A stretch of 64,000 bases of DNA from Methanobacteriota archaeon (GTDB lineage: Archaea > Thermoplasmatota > Thermoplasmata > RBG-16-68-12 > JAFNFQ01), in contig JAFNFQ010000004.1 of assembly GCA_017885655.1 (NCBI GenBank), forward strand, positions 89,373 to 153,372, written 5' to 3'. This document shows positions 48,346 to 57,002 of this stretch, piece by piece (position 1 is the stretch's first letter; the number at the start of each line of letters is the position of its first letter). A program made the translations under genes and the position numbers. The notes below the pieces were generated by a model. That model was given only the letters and a program-made list of their open reading frames with translations, was not told the origin of the DNA and ran no database searches.

Positions 48346-48861
48346 ATGACTGCAGAGCGCACGATGCTGTTCATGGACGGATCGAATCTTTTCCACTCCA
48401 CCAAGGACTTCGACCCTGGATTGAAAATCGATCTCGTGAAACTTCGAGATTTCTTGGCGAAAGACAGGCTCCTGATACGCGCATACTACTATGGCTCGAT
48501 ACCGATTGGGAATCCGGAGAGAATCGCGAAACAGACCGCCTTTCATCACTTGCTCGAGTACAGCGGTTTCAAGACGGTGATTTTGCCGCTGCGCAGGCGA
48601 GGGGCGGAGTACGTGGAGAAAGGTGTCGACGTCTCCCTTGTTACCGACATGTTGGCGCTTGGGTTCGATCGAGCTTACGAGTGCGGCATTCTCGTGGCTG
48701 GCGATGCCGACTATGTCAGGGCGATTCAAGAGGTAGAACGCAAGGGCATCAGGATTCACGTCGCATTCTACGATCTCCCCTTATGTGCGGGCGACCTGAG
48801 ACGGGCTGCACATTCGTTCGTCTCGCTGGATAAGCATCTTGAGGAATTCAGGAAGTCGTGA
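48346..48861 (+). CDS. NYN-domain (LabA-like) protein, paralog 1
   Basis: MLFMDGSNLF ... YYYGS ... EKGVDVSLVTDML ... LVAGDADYVRAIQEV, matching the NYN/LabA core. The likely true start is the ATG at 48364. Confidence 0.8.
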   Translation: MTAERTMLFMDGSNLFHSTKDFDPGLKIDLVKLRDFLAKDRLLIRAYYYGSIPIGNPERIAKQTAFHHLLEYSGFKTVILPLRRRGAEYVEKGVDVSLVTDMLALGFDRAYECGILVAGDADYVRAIQEVERKGIRIHVAFYDLPLCAGDLRRAAHSFVSLDKHLEEFRKS

Positions 48862-48879
48862 AATCAAAAATGCATTGAG

Positions 48880-48975
48880 GAAGCTTTTTTGCCAGACGAC
48901 CGAGCCAAATGATGTGCGCTTGTCGTTATGGTTTTTGGCGGTCGTCTGGAGAGTTATTTTCGCATTCTTAATTCA
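48880..48975. repeat. Conserved hairpin element (copy 1) just downstream of NYN paralog 1
   Basis: TTTTTT-GCCAGACGACCG-(loop with CTTGTCGT)-CGGTCGTCTGG-AGAGTTATTTTC. Resembles 60420-60515 in the arms, the loop motif and the T-rich flanks. Confidence 0.55.
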
Positions 48976-49087
48976 CGTGCTTGCTTAAAACTCTTTCGCT
49001 TGGAGTCAGCCTCTTGATAGCCTGATCTGGCAAGCGTCCGTGTGAGCGATTGATGGATATTTCCAAGAAGGTTCCACGCGCAAAAGC

Positions 49088-49492
49088 CTAGATGGACGAT
49101 TCGAAGTTTGCGCGGAGTATCGCGGTCGCAACACCGTCCAGGCACAGCGGCGACAGCCTCCCCTCCGAGCCCTCGTGGACGCACGTCGCCCTCAGGTCGC
49201 ATTCGGGGCAGAACCGCACGCGGATCTCGCTCTCATCCAGCCCCAGGAGGCCCGCCTGGTCGAACATGTCGTGGAGGAGCTTCAGGTACTTGCCCTCGGC
49301 TATGCGCGGCACGTCGTACTTCGCCGCCTTCAGTCCCCCGCGCGCGGTCCAGTACTCGTAGAGGCGCCGCGCGCCCTTGGAGCTGTTGCACAAGGGGCCG
49401 ACCCGGAAGGCATTCCTCCCGCCACTAGTCAATAAATGGCGATTGCATTCCGTGCAGCTTCGCCACGAATTCTTCAGTCTTCTTAAAGTCAC
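49088..49492 (-). CDS. Hypothetical small Cys-pair protein (134 aa if GTG at 49492); the full-length gene whose 3' end recurs in copies a-d
   Basis: SCTECNRH ... FCPECDLRATCVHEG Cys pairs. 3' region 49088-49284 is the repeat unit. The GTG start overlaps the upstream RNase-III-like gene by 68 nt, so the true start may be an internal TTG/GTG/ATG. Confidence 0.5.
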   Translation of the reverse strand: MTLRRLKNSWRSCTECNRHLLTSGGRNAFRVGPLCNSSKGARRLYEYWTARGGLKAAKYDVPRIAEGKYLKLLHDMFDQAGLLGLDESEIRVRFCPECDLRATCVHEGSEGRLSPLCLDGVATAILRANFESSI

Positions 49493-49937
49493 GATCAGTA
49501 TCTAAGTAAACGGCTCCTATGAGCGCCTCTAGCGTCTCGGCCGGAATTCTCGGTTGCACATCGAGGCTCTTATCTCTCTCCGACCCTCCCAGCCGAATGA
49601 GACCTCCGACTCCTTTTTCCAGTGCGAGTTTTGCTAACGTCGGTTTCTCTTCCATCTTTCTCCTTTCCACGGTAATTTTGTCCCCTGTCTCGAAGCCGGA
49701 GTGATATAGGATATCGGTTAGTGCCGCTTTGAGCAAAGCATCGCCCAAGGTCGCGAGCGCTGTCTGATCCTCACATTTCGGTTGCTGCAACGCCCGATCC
49801 TCGACAAACTTCTGACGGGTCAATGCACGGATGAGAATATCTGTGTTTCCGAATCGATGGCCGAGAATTCCTTCCTCTTCGTTCGCTTTGATGATCTTGT
49901 CCATTGGGTCTTCGAGTTTCAAGCAATCACCTCGCAC
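49425..49937 (-). CDS. RNase III-domain-like protein (170 aa, single catalytic-domain type)
   Basis: LATLGDALLKAALTDILY and ETLEALIGAVYLD resemble the RNase III signature (ERLEFLGDA ... EALIGAIYLD). Confidence 0.55.
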   Translation of the reverse strand: MRGDCLKLEDPMDKIIKANEEEGILGHRFGNTDILIRALTRQKFVEDRALQQPKCEDQTALATLGDALLKAALTDILYHSGFETGDKITVERRKMEEKPTLAKLALEKGVGGLIRLGGSERDKSLDVQPRIPAETLEALIGAVYLDTDRDFKKTEEFVAKLHGMQSPFID

Positions 49938-50150
49938 ATATGTCTGTTCATGCTAATCCTGTCGTGTTCCATTGCTATTCCCCTCGCCGACATGCAAATG
50001 CATGGGGTCCTATTTCAAAGATGGCTTGCGCATGATGGTGACATCCCGCCCACCGCTAGATCGTCCTGCTGAGTTAAGTGTCAATTTGAGAATGTCAATC
50101 GCGACCTTTATCAAACTCTATATACGCGACACTCACATTCGGTTAATCGA

Positions 50151-50633
50151 TTGCGCATGGCAGGAGTTACGTGCCTGACCTTGTCGGGGGACAACTACTG
50201 GGCGGTCGTCAACAGCGTCTGGTCTCTTCTGTATGAGGGGCTTTCAGTCCCTAGCCACCTCATTCTCATAACTAACGGCCGCCACAAAGATGTCGCGAAG
50301 AGGGCTTCCGATTCGTTGCAGACACTGCTTTCCTTCTATGGGATGACCAGCGTCCCCGAAATCATCGTCGTCCCCGAATATGACCTGCGCCAGGTACACG
50401 ACAAGCTGTTTGAAATCATGCAGAAGGCCAAGTCGGAGGGAGAAGTCGCTCTCAATATCACTCCGGCTAGAAAGTCGCTTGCCACAGTCGCCATGGTCGC
50501 CGCATGGGAAACTAAGGTGAATAGAATCCATTACGTTTACCTCAGAAGTCTCAAGGACGCCGATTGTCCCTATCCCCTCATAGCAAGGGATCTCCATGAA
50601 TTGCTCGACTTGAAGGAGCTCCGCCCGAAATGA
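50151..50633 (+). CDS. CARF-like Rossmann-fold sensor domain protein (degenerate ligand-site motif)
   Basis: VTCLTLSGD ... HLILITNG ... VALNITPARKSLATVAMVAAWE ... IHYVYL parallels the Csa3-like protein in this window (VHIATVGE ... LHINITGGTNIMASAALIAG ... VYYI), but with NITPA in place of NITGG. TATA CTATATAC at 50118-50125; likely ATG at 50157. Confidence 0.45.
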   Translation: MRMAGVTCLTLSGDNYWAVVNSVWSLLYEGLSVPSHLILITNGRHKDVAKRASDSLQTLLSFYGMTSVPEIIVVPEYDLRQVHDKLFEIMQKAKSEGEVALNITPARKSLATVAMVAAWETKVNRIHYVYLRSLKDADCPYPLIARDLHELLDLKELRPK

Positions 50634-51718
50634 GCACATGGTGCGCGCCCAGCAGATTCCTGATGGCGCTGGTCAACAGGATTTTTGGATATGGACGCGG
50701 GGTAATCACAATCAGATATCCACTCTATGGCACGGAGCTCTTCTCATTCGATTCATCATTCAAAGTCAAGAGCGCCTCATCCAAGCACAAGTTTTACGAA
50801 GCGCGAAAGGCTGCAACCTCATGGAGCAAGGAGCTGAGTCACGAAGCGCCCGAGTGGAACCAAGTGATGGACTCGTTCGTATCCTCTGGGACATTGAAGC
50901 CTCAGAACCTCGCCGATTTCGCTGTATGGGCCAGGAAGACACTGGAGGATAGGAGACGTCCGGAATTGGCAGCTCGCCCATTCTTCCTGGCAATCGATAC
51001 GAATGTAGCTTACAATCGCCTGTTCACGCGGCATTTTCCAATCGATGGCCCAAGCGGCGTCGTTAGAGCTCCAGATTTCAGATTCCTGTTATGCGATGTT
51101 GTCCGTCGAGAAGTCGACGAACAGATTAAACGAAAATATCGCGGGGAACTGAACCAAATATTCACCCATCCTGAACAGGAATCGATTCTCAAGGAAATCG
51201 GAGGACGCAATGTCCTCGTGGCGCGAAGGGCCAAGCTCGCTCAGAATGAAATCGACTACCTTGACAAAACGCTCAACGCCTTGACTGTTCCTTGCACGGA
51301 GTTCCCCTCAGACAAGGAAGATCGAGATATTCTCATCGCAAAGACCTACGGAGCATTCAGCCGGGACAGAAACGTGGACATAGCGCTGCTGACGATGGAC
51401 CAGAACATGGTGGACCACGCGAAGAATGCTCAGATTATGTCCTTCTCGTTAAGGGTCCCTGGAGCTTCGGAACTGGAGAAGGTCGAACTGCACTACTCCC
51501 TGTGGCATCTGCTCCACGATCTGGCCGTTGCGCTAGGCGTGATTGACATAGAGCCCTTCGGGACGCGGGTGTACGGCGAGTGGGCCGGAAAAACCACGTC
51601 TGACTACGGCGCAGAGAGAGTGAAGATAGTTCTCGACGACAAAGCTCCAATAGCGAATGAAGTGGTCAGGGACTTCCGGATTTGCGCGAAAGTCTTGGGA
51701 GTGTCAATTAGCGGCTGA
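50630..51718 (+). CDS. PIN-domain nuclease with N- and C-terminal extensions
   Basis: ATGA overlap with the CARF-like gene. PIN core PFFLAIDTNVAYN ... DVVRREVDEQ ... LLTMDQNMVDHA. Confidence 0.65.
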   Translation: MSTWCAPSRFLMALVNRIFGYGRGVITIRYPLYGTELFSFDSSFKVKSASSKHKFYEARKAATSWSKELSHEAPEWNQVMDSFVSSGTLKPQNLADFAVWARKTLEDRRRPELAARPFFLAIDTNVAYNRLFTRHFPIDGPSGVVRAPDFRFLLCDVVRREVDEQIKRKYRGELNQIFTHPEQESILKEIGGRNVLVARRAKLAQNEIDYLDKTLNALTVPCTEFPSDKEDRDILIAKTYGAFSRDRNVDIALLTMDQNMVDHAKNAQIMSFSLRVPGASELEKVELHYSLWHLLHDLAVALGVIDIEPFGTRVYGEWAGKTTSDYGAERVKIVLDDKAPIANEVVRDFRICAKVLGVSISG

Positions 51719-53230
51719 CGGTTTGCCATCGTGGGATTCAGCGACTATGTCGGCGCCTAGATCCTTCGCTCTCTGTGTGACACGTTTAGCATCATCAGGT
51801 GACTTGGCCAGGATGTATTTCTTCCCTTTGTGTTGGAATAGATCTACATCTTCTTCTGACTTCAACCTCTGGGCACCCTTTGGAAGAGTCGGAGGGAGCA
51901 CTGTCCAACGGTACACGATCTCGTGGGGCAATGATTGCACCTCCCCCTCATCGGGAATAGGGAATTCCTTGGGCTCGGTCTCCGCCATCGAGTCCAACGA
52001 TTTCGCTTGAATTGTGCCAAGGTCTTTCTCGATTGTCCCTCCTACGATTGCCGGCGACAGTCCCCTGCCGTCCCAGAGGAGGCATTCGCCGGTAACCTGG
52101 CCGCGGGGCAGGTTCTCCGTCAGCCTGAAGTGGAATGTCTTGGGCCATGACTCCATCAGGGTTCGAAGACTCTCGCACTGGGCGGGGGTGAGTTGGACAC
52201 CGGTCTCGAACCCGGTATCTAATCCGCGTGATTCTACATTGGCCGTCATCACGATGCCACGCATCTTGCCGCTCATCTTGCCTAACATGGCTTTCGCGTG
52301 CAGGTACCTGTGAGCATATACATCCGCGCCTCCGCGCATCAGATTCACGGCAGCCTCCATGTTCTTGACGCGGGGTCGCATGAAAATGTGCGTTCTCAGC
52401 CCACCCTTGACCCTCTTCAGCAGGTTTTGTGTGACTTCGTGTTTCATATCGAGATTATAGATTGACATCCAGAAATCATCCTGTGCACTCTCCACGAAGT
52501 CCAACAGAGATTGCCTGAGGGTTTGCATGTTCTGCGTCGTCACGGGCAGGTCAGACGGCAACACGGACTTTATCTCCATCCTACCGGACTTGCTGACCGG
52601 TTCTAGGCGTCCAGCTCGGAACAGCTCGTGTTCGCTCTCCTGCCAGAATCCGATTCTGAACTGTTCGAAAAGCGCTTTCGCAAGATCACCTTTCAAGGGG
52701 ATAACCACCTCAACGTTCCGTGTCAAGGCTTCTGTGGCAAGATTTGCGGTGGAAAGGAAGGCTGCCGTCTTGCCAGGACTCCGCGGATCGACGATCACAA
52801 ATTTCGAATGGAAGTGCCCTGCTGTGCGGACCAATACTCTGCCCGCCAATGCGTCCAATGTCGCCTTATGCTCCTCAACCTGCCTCTTAGCGAATTCCGA
52901 TTCCTGAGAAAGGTCTTTGAGCAGATGTTGCTCCGACATCGTCAGCACGTAACAGCGCACACCTCTTTTCGACGCCTCCAGGAGCGCGTTGCCGATATTC
53001 TGATCGTAGAACAGGAAAGAGCAAAGGCATACCGTTTCCATAGAAGAGCGTATGGCTTCGACGATCATCGAACGGGCGAACCCAGTTTCCTCGGTGGGCC
53101 ATATGGTGGCGTCGCGCCTCGGCGGCACTGCGGGCGATCCCATCTGAGGCGCCAAAGGAATCCATGCAATCCCTAGAGGATTTTCCCTGAAAGGCTTGAT
53201 CATCTTCTTCTCTAGCGCCCAAGTGCTCAT
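51704..53230 (-). CDS. Phospholipase-D-family nuclease (two HKD motifs), MkoB-like
   Basis: HFHSKFVIVD and HAKAMLGK HxK motifs. ATG at 53230 gives an ATGA overlap with the upstream gene; the track ORF from 53278 would overlap it by 52 nt. Confidence 0.8.
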   Translation of the reverse strand: MSTWALEKKMIKPFRENPLGIAWIPLAPQMGSPAVPPRRDATIWPTEETGFARSMIVEAIRSSMETVCLCSFLFYDQNIGNALLEASKRGVRCYVLTMSEQHLLKDLSQESEFAKRQVEEHKATLDALAGRVLVRTAGHFHSKFVIVDPRSPGKTAAFLSTANLATEALTRNVEVVIPLKGDLAKALFEQFRIGFWQESEHELFRAGRLEPVSKSGRMEIKSVLPSDLPVTTQNMQTLRQSLLDFVESAQDDFWMSIYNLDMKHEVTQNLLKRVKGGLRTHIFMRPRVKNMEAAVNLMRGGADVYAHRYLHAKAMLGKMSGKMRGIVMTANVESRGLDTGFETGVQLTPAQCESLRTLMESWPKTFHFRLTENLPRGQVTGECLLWDGRGLSPAIVGGTIEKDLGTIQAKSLDSMAETEPKEFPIPDEGEVQSLPHEIVYRWTVLPPTLPKGAQRLKSEEDVDLFQHKGKKYILAKSPDDAKRVTQRAKDLGADIVAESHDGKPSAAN

Positions 53231-54357
53231 CGAACCGCCTCCTGCTTCCCCAGGTCGGTTGGTGCCCGCAAGTACCAATATGCCGCTGGCAATAAATCAC
53301 CACGAAGGATTGCGCCATGCCGAATCTGATCGGCCATCTTATCATGTTCAGGCAATGTGATATCGAAATCTGGGAATCTGTCGGTGACACCGCGGACTAG
53401 TTTAGGATAGCTGTTTTCATCAAGGTATTCGGTGATTTCATGCTCGAGAACCCACTCCCCCCATTCTTGTGCGTCTTTGACCGTTCGCGGGGCAATTGGC
53501 ACGTCACGGATTTCTGTTTCATCAAACGTGCCGTATTCACTCACGGTCGGCCTATCTAACTTCAGTTGCCTCGACATCGACGTCTTCTCTGCATCCGACA
53601 CCTCATTGAAGCCGCATCGCAAGACCCCTCTTCGAGCATCCCATGCCTGGCGAGTGTCGCCCAACAACTCAAGGAAAATGCTTTCGTGGGAAACCTTGGG
53701 CGACTCCATATCCCACTTTGCGAAACCTTCTGCCATGAGCTCAGATTCTCTATCAGGGTGGATGATCCATTTCAGCGAAAGCCTCTCATTCTGTTCCACC
53801 TGCGAACGTACGCATCGTTCAGCGACTGACATGATGCGGATTCGCTCCCCTAATCGTGGAAGCATGATTGACTGGTCTTTCAATTCGACAAGCCATGGCG
53901 GCACCTGCTCGACCTCCTCAGATTGTTTGCCTTTCGATTCGAGCCTCCTCGCCGCCCTGCGCGCGTTCACGATGTCCTCCACCATGGGCTCGTGCGTGCC
54001 TTCCAAATCCAGGATTCGCTGAGGAACCAACGGGTCGGTCGTGCAAAGAATTCTATAACGTCCATGCTCTGGCAATGGCACAGTTTTTCGCTCAAGCGAT
54101 TCTCTCCCTAAAGGCGTGAGACTTCCATAATCGTCAAGTAGCCCGAGATCTCGGCAGCGCGAAATTACCGTATGGCCAACGGCTATCGGTCGATCAATGA
54201 GGAGGGAATTGCAGATGTCCTCTGCTCTGATTTGTCCTCCGAGTTCTTCCGCTCGCATCAGAACGGAGATGACATCCTTGCGCCTCTCCTCCCTCCCGAC
54301 TTCCATAACAACTTCATACGCGGTCATTGACACATTTCGACTAAGGATGATCTTCAT
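53227..54357 (-). CDS. Hypothetical protein (376 aa) embedded between the helicase and PLD genes
   Basis: 4-nt overlaps on both sides indicate co-translation within the operon. No recognisable motif; the N-terminus is possibly wHTH-like. Confidence 0.6.
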   Translation of the reverse strand: MKIILSRNVSMTAYEVVMEVGREERRKDVISVLMRAEELGGQIRAEDICNSLLIDRPIAVGHTVISRCRDLGLLDDYGSLTPLGRESLERKTVPLPEHGRYRILCTTDPLVPQRILDLEGTHEPMVEDIVNARRAARRLESKGKQSEEVEQVPPWLVELKDQSIMLPRLGERIRIMSVAERCVRSQVEQNERLSLKWIIHPDRESELMAEGFAKWDMESPKVSHESIFLELLGDTRQAWDARRGVLRCGFNEVSDAEKTSMSRQLKLDRPTVSEYGTFDETEIRDVPIAPRTVKDAQEWGEWVLEHEITEYLDENSYPKLVRGVTDRFPDFDITLPEHDKMADQIRHGAILRGDLLPAAYWYLRAPTDLGKQEAVR

Positions 54358-57002
54358 CTTGTGTTCGACCTCCCTTCTTTTGAACTGTATGAGAAGGCTA
54401 TTGGTATCTGGGTCCCGAGCCGCCGCAACAAATCAGATTTCCACTGGCGGGCGAAGCCCCTGCAATTCCCCACTAGGACCAATTGGAATCGCCCTCTCGT
54501 TATCGCGACGTTCAATCTATGAGGACTGTCGAGGAATCCAATGCTTTTTCTTCCGAGTGGATCCCGAACAAAGGATAAAAGCACGAAATCTGCCTCGTGC
54601 CCTTGGAATCGGTCAACAGATCCAAGAGAGACGCGGACCCTGCCATCGCCGGTCTTGAAATGCTGCCTGTTCCAAGACTTGAACAAGCTACGCAATCGTC
54701 GTCTCAGCTCGCTTTCTTGGGCGAGATAGAATGTCAGCACGGCAACATCCCACGGCAATATAGTGCCGTTCTTCTTCTTCGGATTGCTAGTCGCCCACGA
54801 AAGGAAGGTCTGGAGCTCATCCATTATAATGTCGGCCTCGGCAAAATTGCGGTTGGCGTTCGGATCTTCATTCGCTAGAACATGAATCCAAACGGATCGG
54901 GCGCCGTATCTTCCGATATTCAGAGACCGCTGTGAAGCAATGTTTGGTGGGTCTCTGAGGCTTTGGCCTTCGTAGATATTCTCACGCGGGAACCGGGAGA
55001 TATCAGGATGCATTCGATGCTGATACGTCAAGACCGCGTGTCGCTTGCTCAGAACTTCCGTGGGCAGCCCGTGGGTGATTGCCGTTGGCTCATACTTCAT
55101 CTGCTCCCTTTCGAATCCGACTTGAAGCATTTCCAGGATAGAAGGCAGTGCTACGCGCTTGATTGAATTGACTTCATATGAAATACGATTCATTTCTTTT
55201 TCATCGAGCCACTTTGGCAGGAGCGCGTCGACATCTGCGGCGTACCGTTTCGCCTCTTCAGGCCGACGGCGGAGTTCAAACTGACGAATGAGGCGCCATC
55301 CGATTTCCGAAGCCCACGTTTTCTCCTCGCGTTCCATCTGTTCCTCATTGTCGGCCTCCTCGGGATGACGCACTCGCCAGTACGCCATTCTTCGCTCGAG
55401 GCGTGACGTGATAACCGTCTCGGAGAGAACTTGAACATTCAGAGGCAATAAACGACCGATGACGGTCAAATCCTTCGTGTCAGCGACCATCAGGTCGGCC
55501 CAAAGTGGCCCCAGGTCTCCACTATCGATCGTCTGCGGCGACAATTGTACCGTAGGTATGCCCAGCGCTTCCGCTTGTTTTACTGCCCATTCCCTGACCT
55601 TCGGGTCGGGGTCGCAAAGGAGAAAGCTGCGTTTCTCGCCCTTCTTGCGACGCGCCCGCACGAAGGCCTTGAACACTGGTAGTATCGCGCGGCTTTCCCT
55701 CTCGTCCAGGATGCCCGCAAGATTGGCCTCGACCTCGACATTGTTCACGAAGGGTGATAGCTGATTGACATCTCCAACGAGGACCCATTTCTTCGCATAG
55801 AGTGCTGGAACCAAGAACTCCTGGAATGGGGTCTTGCTCGCCTCATCAACAATCAGTGTGTCAAACTCCGGGAACGCCGGCCGCACGAGACCCACCGCTA
55901 TGTCAGGATGTTTGAGAATGCCTATGGTGGTCCCGCATACGAGATTCGCAGAATCCAGGATCAATCGCTGAAGAACCTTTTCGCCATCTTCTTCCAAAGC
56001 TTTCAGCAGGTAGTCCTGTGCGGGGGTCCTCCGCGCAATGCCTTTGAGTTTCTTCTTGAGTTCGTTCCTCTCAGTCTCGAGCCGGTTCTTGAGCAGAAGA
56101 TGAGAGACTTGCTCGGAAACGTCGAAATCCCTCGAGGCAATTCGCACCGCGACGACGGACCTTTCCATCCACCCCAGATCTACAAGCTTCTCCAAGACAT
56201 TGTCAACCGCCACATGCGTGGATGCGCAAAGAAGGACTCGATGTCCCAGCTCGATTTCTTGAAGAATCAACTCGCAGATGGTGACGGTTTTTCCGCTGCC
56301 GGGGGGCCCTTCAAGAATCGCGAAATCCGGGGTGCCAAGGGCTTTCTCCACAAAGTCACGTTGTTCATCGACTCCCGCAAAGTCGTCATCGACCAGTATT
56401 CTCCAGTTAATGGGGGAGACAGCCGCAACTGGTTCCCATCGAACATTGTTGTAGCCTTCGGCCAATGAAATCAAAGGCCTGTGAGCAGGGTGAGGACTCT
56501 GCCGAATATTCTCCAGGGCCATTAGCTCGCGATAGAGGTTCCATGTATTGGGGTGAATGTAGACTTTCTCTGCAGCTGGCAATCGGGACACACAGATCGC
56601 GTCAATTTCGGGCTCCCTGTCAAGCACCTCAATATCGCCGCGTCCTGCCTTTGCTTTATCGGAAATGAAATCCGCATCGAAGAACTCATCGAACACTTCT
56701 TCGGGAGTCTCAGCGTCGATTTCTCTCAGACGAATCCAAAATCCCATCGCACTCGTTTTTCGTTGTGCCGGTTGGTGAATGTTTTGTTCGGAGGGCATCG
56801 ATCCATTGGCGGTTCGATTTCGGATAATCTCTGGGTCAATAGGTCCCTCCCAGGCGAGCATCAATGCCTGCGCTTCAATCCTGTACTTTGCGCTGCTAAG
56901 ATACTTGTAGAACGGTCGGTAGTTGTTGTAGGTTCTTTCCAAGAGAACCTGAATGTCTGTGTTAGGAACTCTTGGCATATTAGCAAAGTGCAGGTTCAGC
57001 AT
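54354..57002 (-). CDS. Superfamily-1 Upf1/DNA2-like helicase (COG1112-type, MkoA-like) with about 230-aa N-terminal domain
   Basis: Walker A GPPGSGKTV, Walker B LIVDEASKT, motif VI VAITRGRFQLVLVG. Confidence 0.85.
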   Translation of the reverse strand: MLNLHFANMPRVPNTDIQVLLERTYNNYRPFYKYLSSAKYRIEAQALMLAWEGPIDPEIIRNRTANGSMPSEQNIHQPAQRKTSAMGFWIRLREIDAETPEEVFDEFFDADFISDKAKAGRGDIEVLDREPEIDAICVSRLPAAEKVYIHPNTWNLYRELMALENIRQSPHPAHRPLISLAEGYNNVRWEPVAAVSPINWRILVDDDFAGVDEQRDFVEKALGTPDFAILEGPPGSGKTVTICELILQEIELGHRVLLCASTHVAVDNVLEKLVDLGWMERSVVAVRIASRDFDVSEQVSHLLLKNRLETERNELKKKLKGIARRTPAQDYLLKALEEDGEKVLQRLILDSANLVCGTTIGILKHPDIAVGLVRPAFPEFDTLIVDEASKTPFQEFLVPALYAKKWVLVGDVNQLSPFVNNVEVEANLAGILDERESRAILPVFKAFVRARRKKGEKRSFLLCDPDPKVREWAVKQAEALGIPTVQLSPQTIDSGDLGPLWADLMVADTKDLTVIGRLLPLNVQVLSETVITSRLERRMAYWRVRHPEEADNEEQMEREEKTWASEIGWRLIRQFELRRRPEEAKRYAADVDALLPKWLDEKEMNRISYEVNSIKRVALPSILEMLQVGFEREQMKYEPTAITHGLPTEVLSKRHAVLTYQHRMHPDISRFPRENIYEGQSLRDPPNIASQRSLNIGRYGARSVWIHVLANEDPNANRNFAEADIIMDELQTFLSWATSNPKKKNGTILPWDVAVLTFYLAQESELRRRLRSLFKSWNRQHFKTGDGRVRVSLGSVDRFQGHEADFVLLSFVRDPLGRKSIGFLDSPHRLNVAITRGRFQLVLVGNCRGFARQWKSDLLRRLGTQIPIAFSYSSKEGRSNTR

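Noticed and set aside
44095-49435. Plus-strand readings of the repeated segment (44095-44547, 46650-47162, 49175-49435) that also give conserved peptides (DARLLQVASGAE ... LALLQPQEARLVE)
   Set aside because: These plus-strand translations are Ala/Leu/Arg/Gln-rich. The minus-strand reading (LKLLHDMFDQAGLLG ... RFCPECDL ... CVHEGSEG) is more protein-like and ends at stop codons conserved in every copy, so the minus strand is taken as coding. The repeat itself is real either way.
52628-53390. 182-aa and 167-aa ORFs inside and antisense to the PLD and unknown genes
   Set aside because: They overlap well-supported genes, have no motifs, and are probably spurious.
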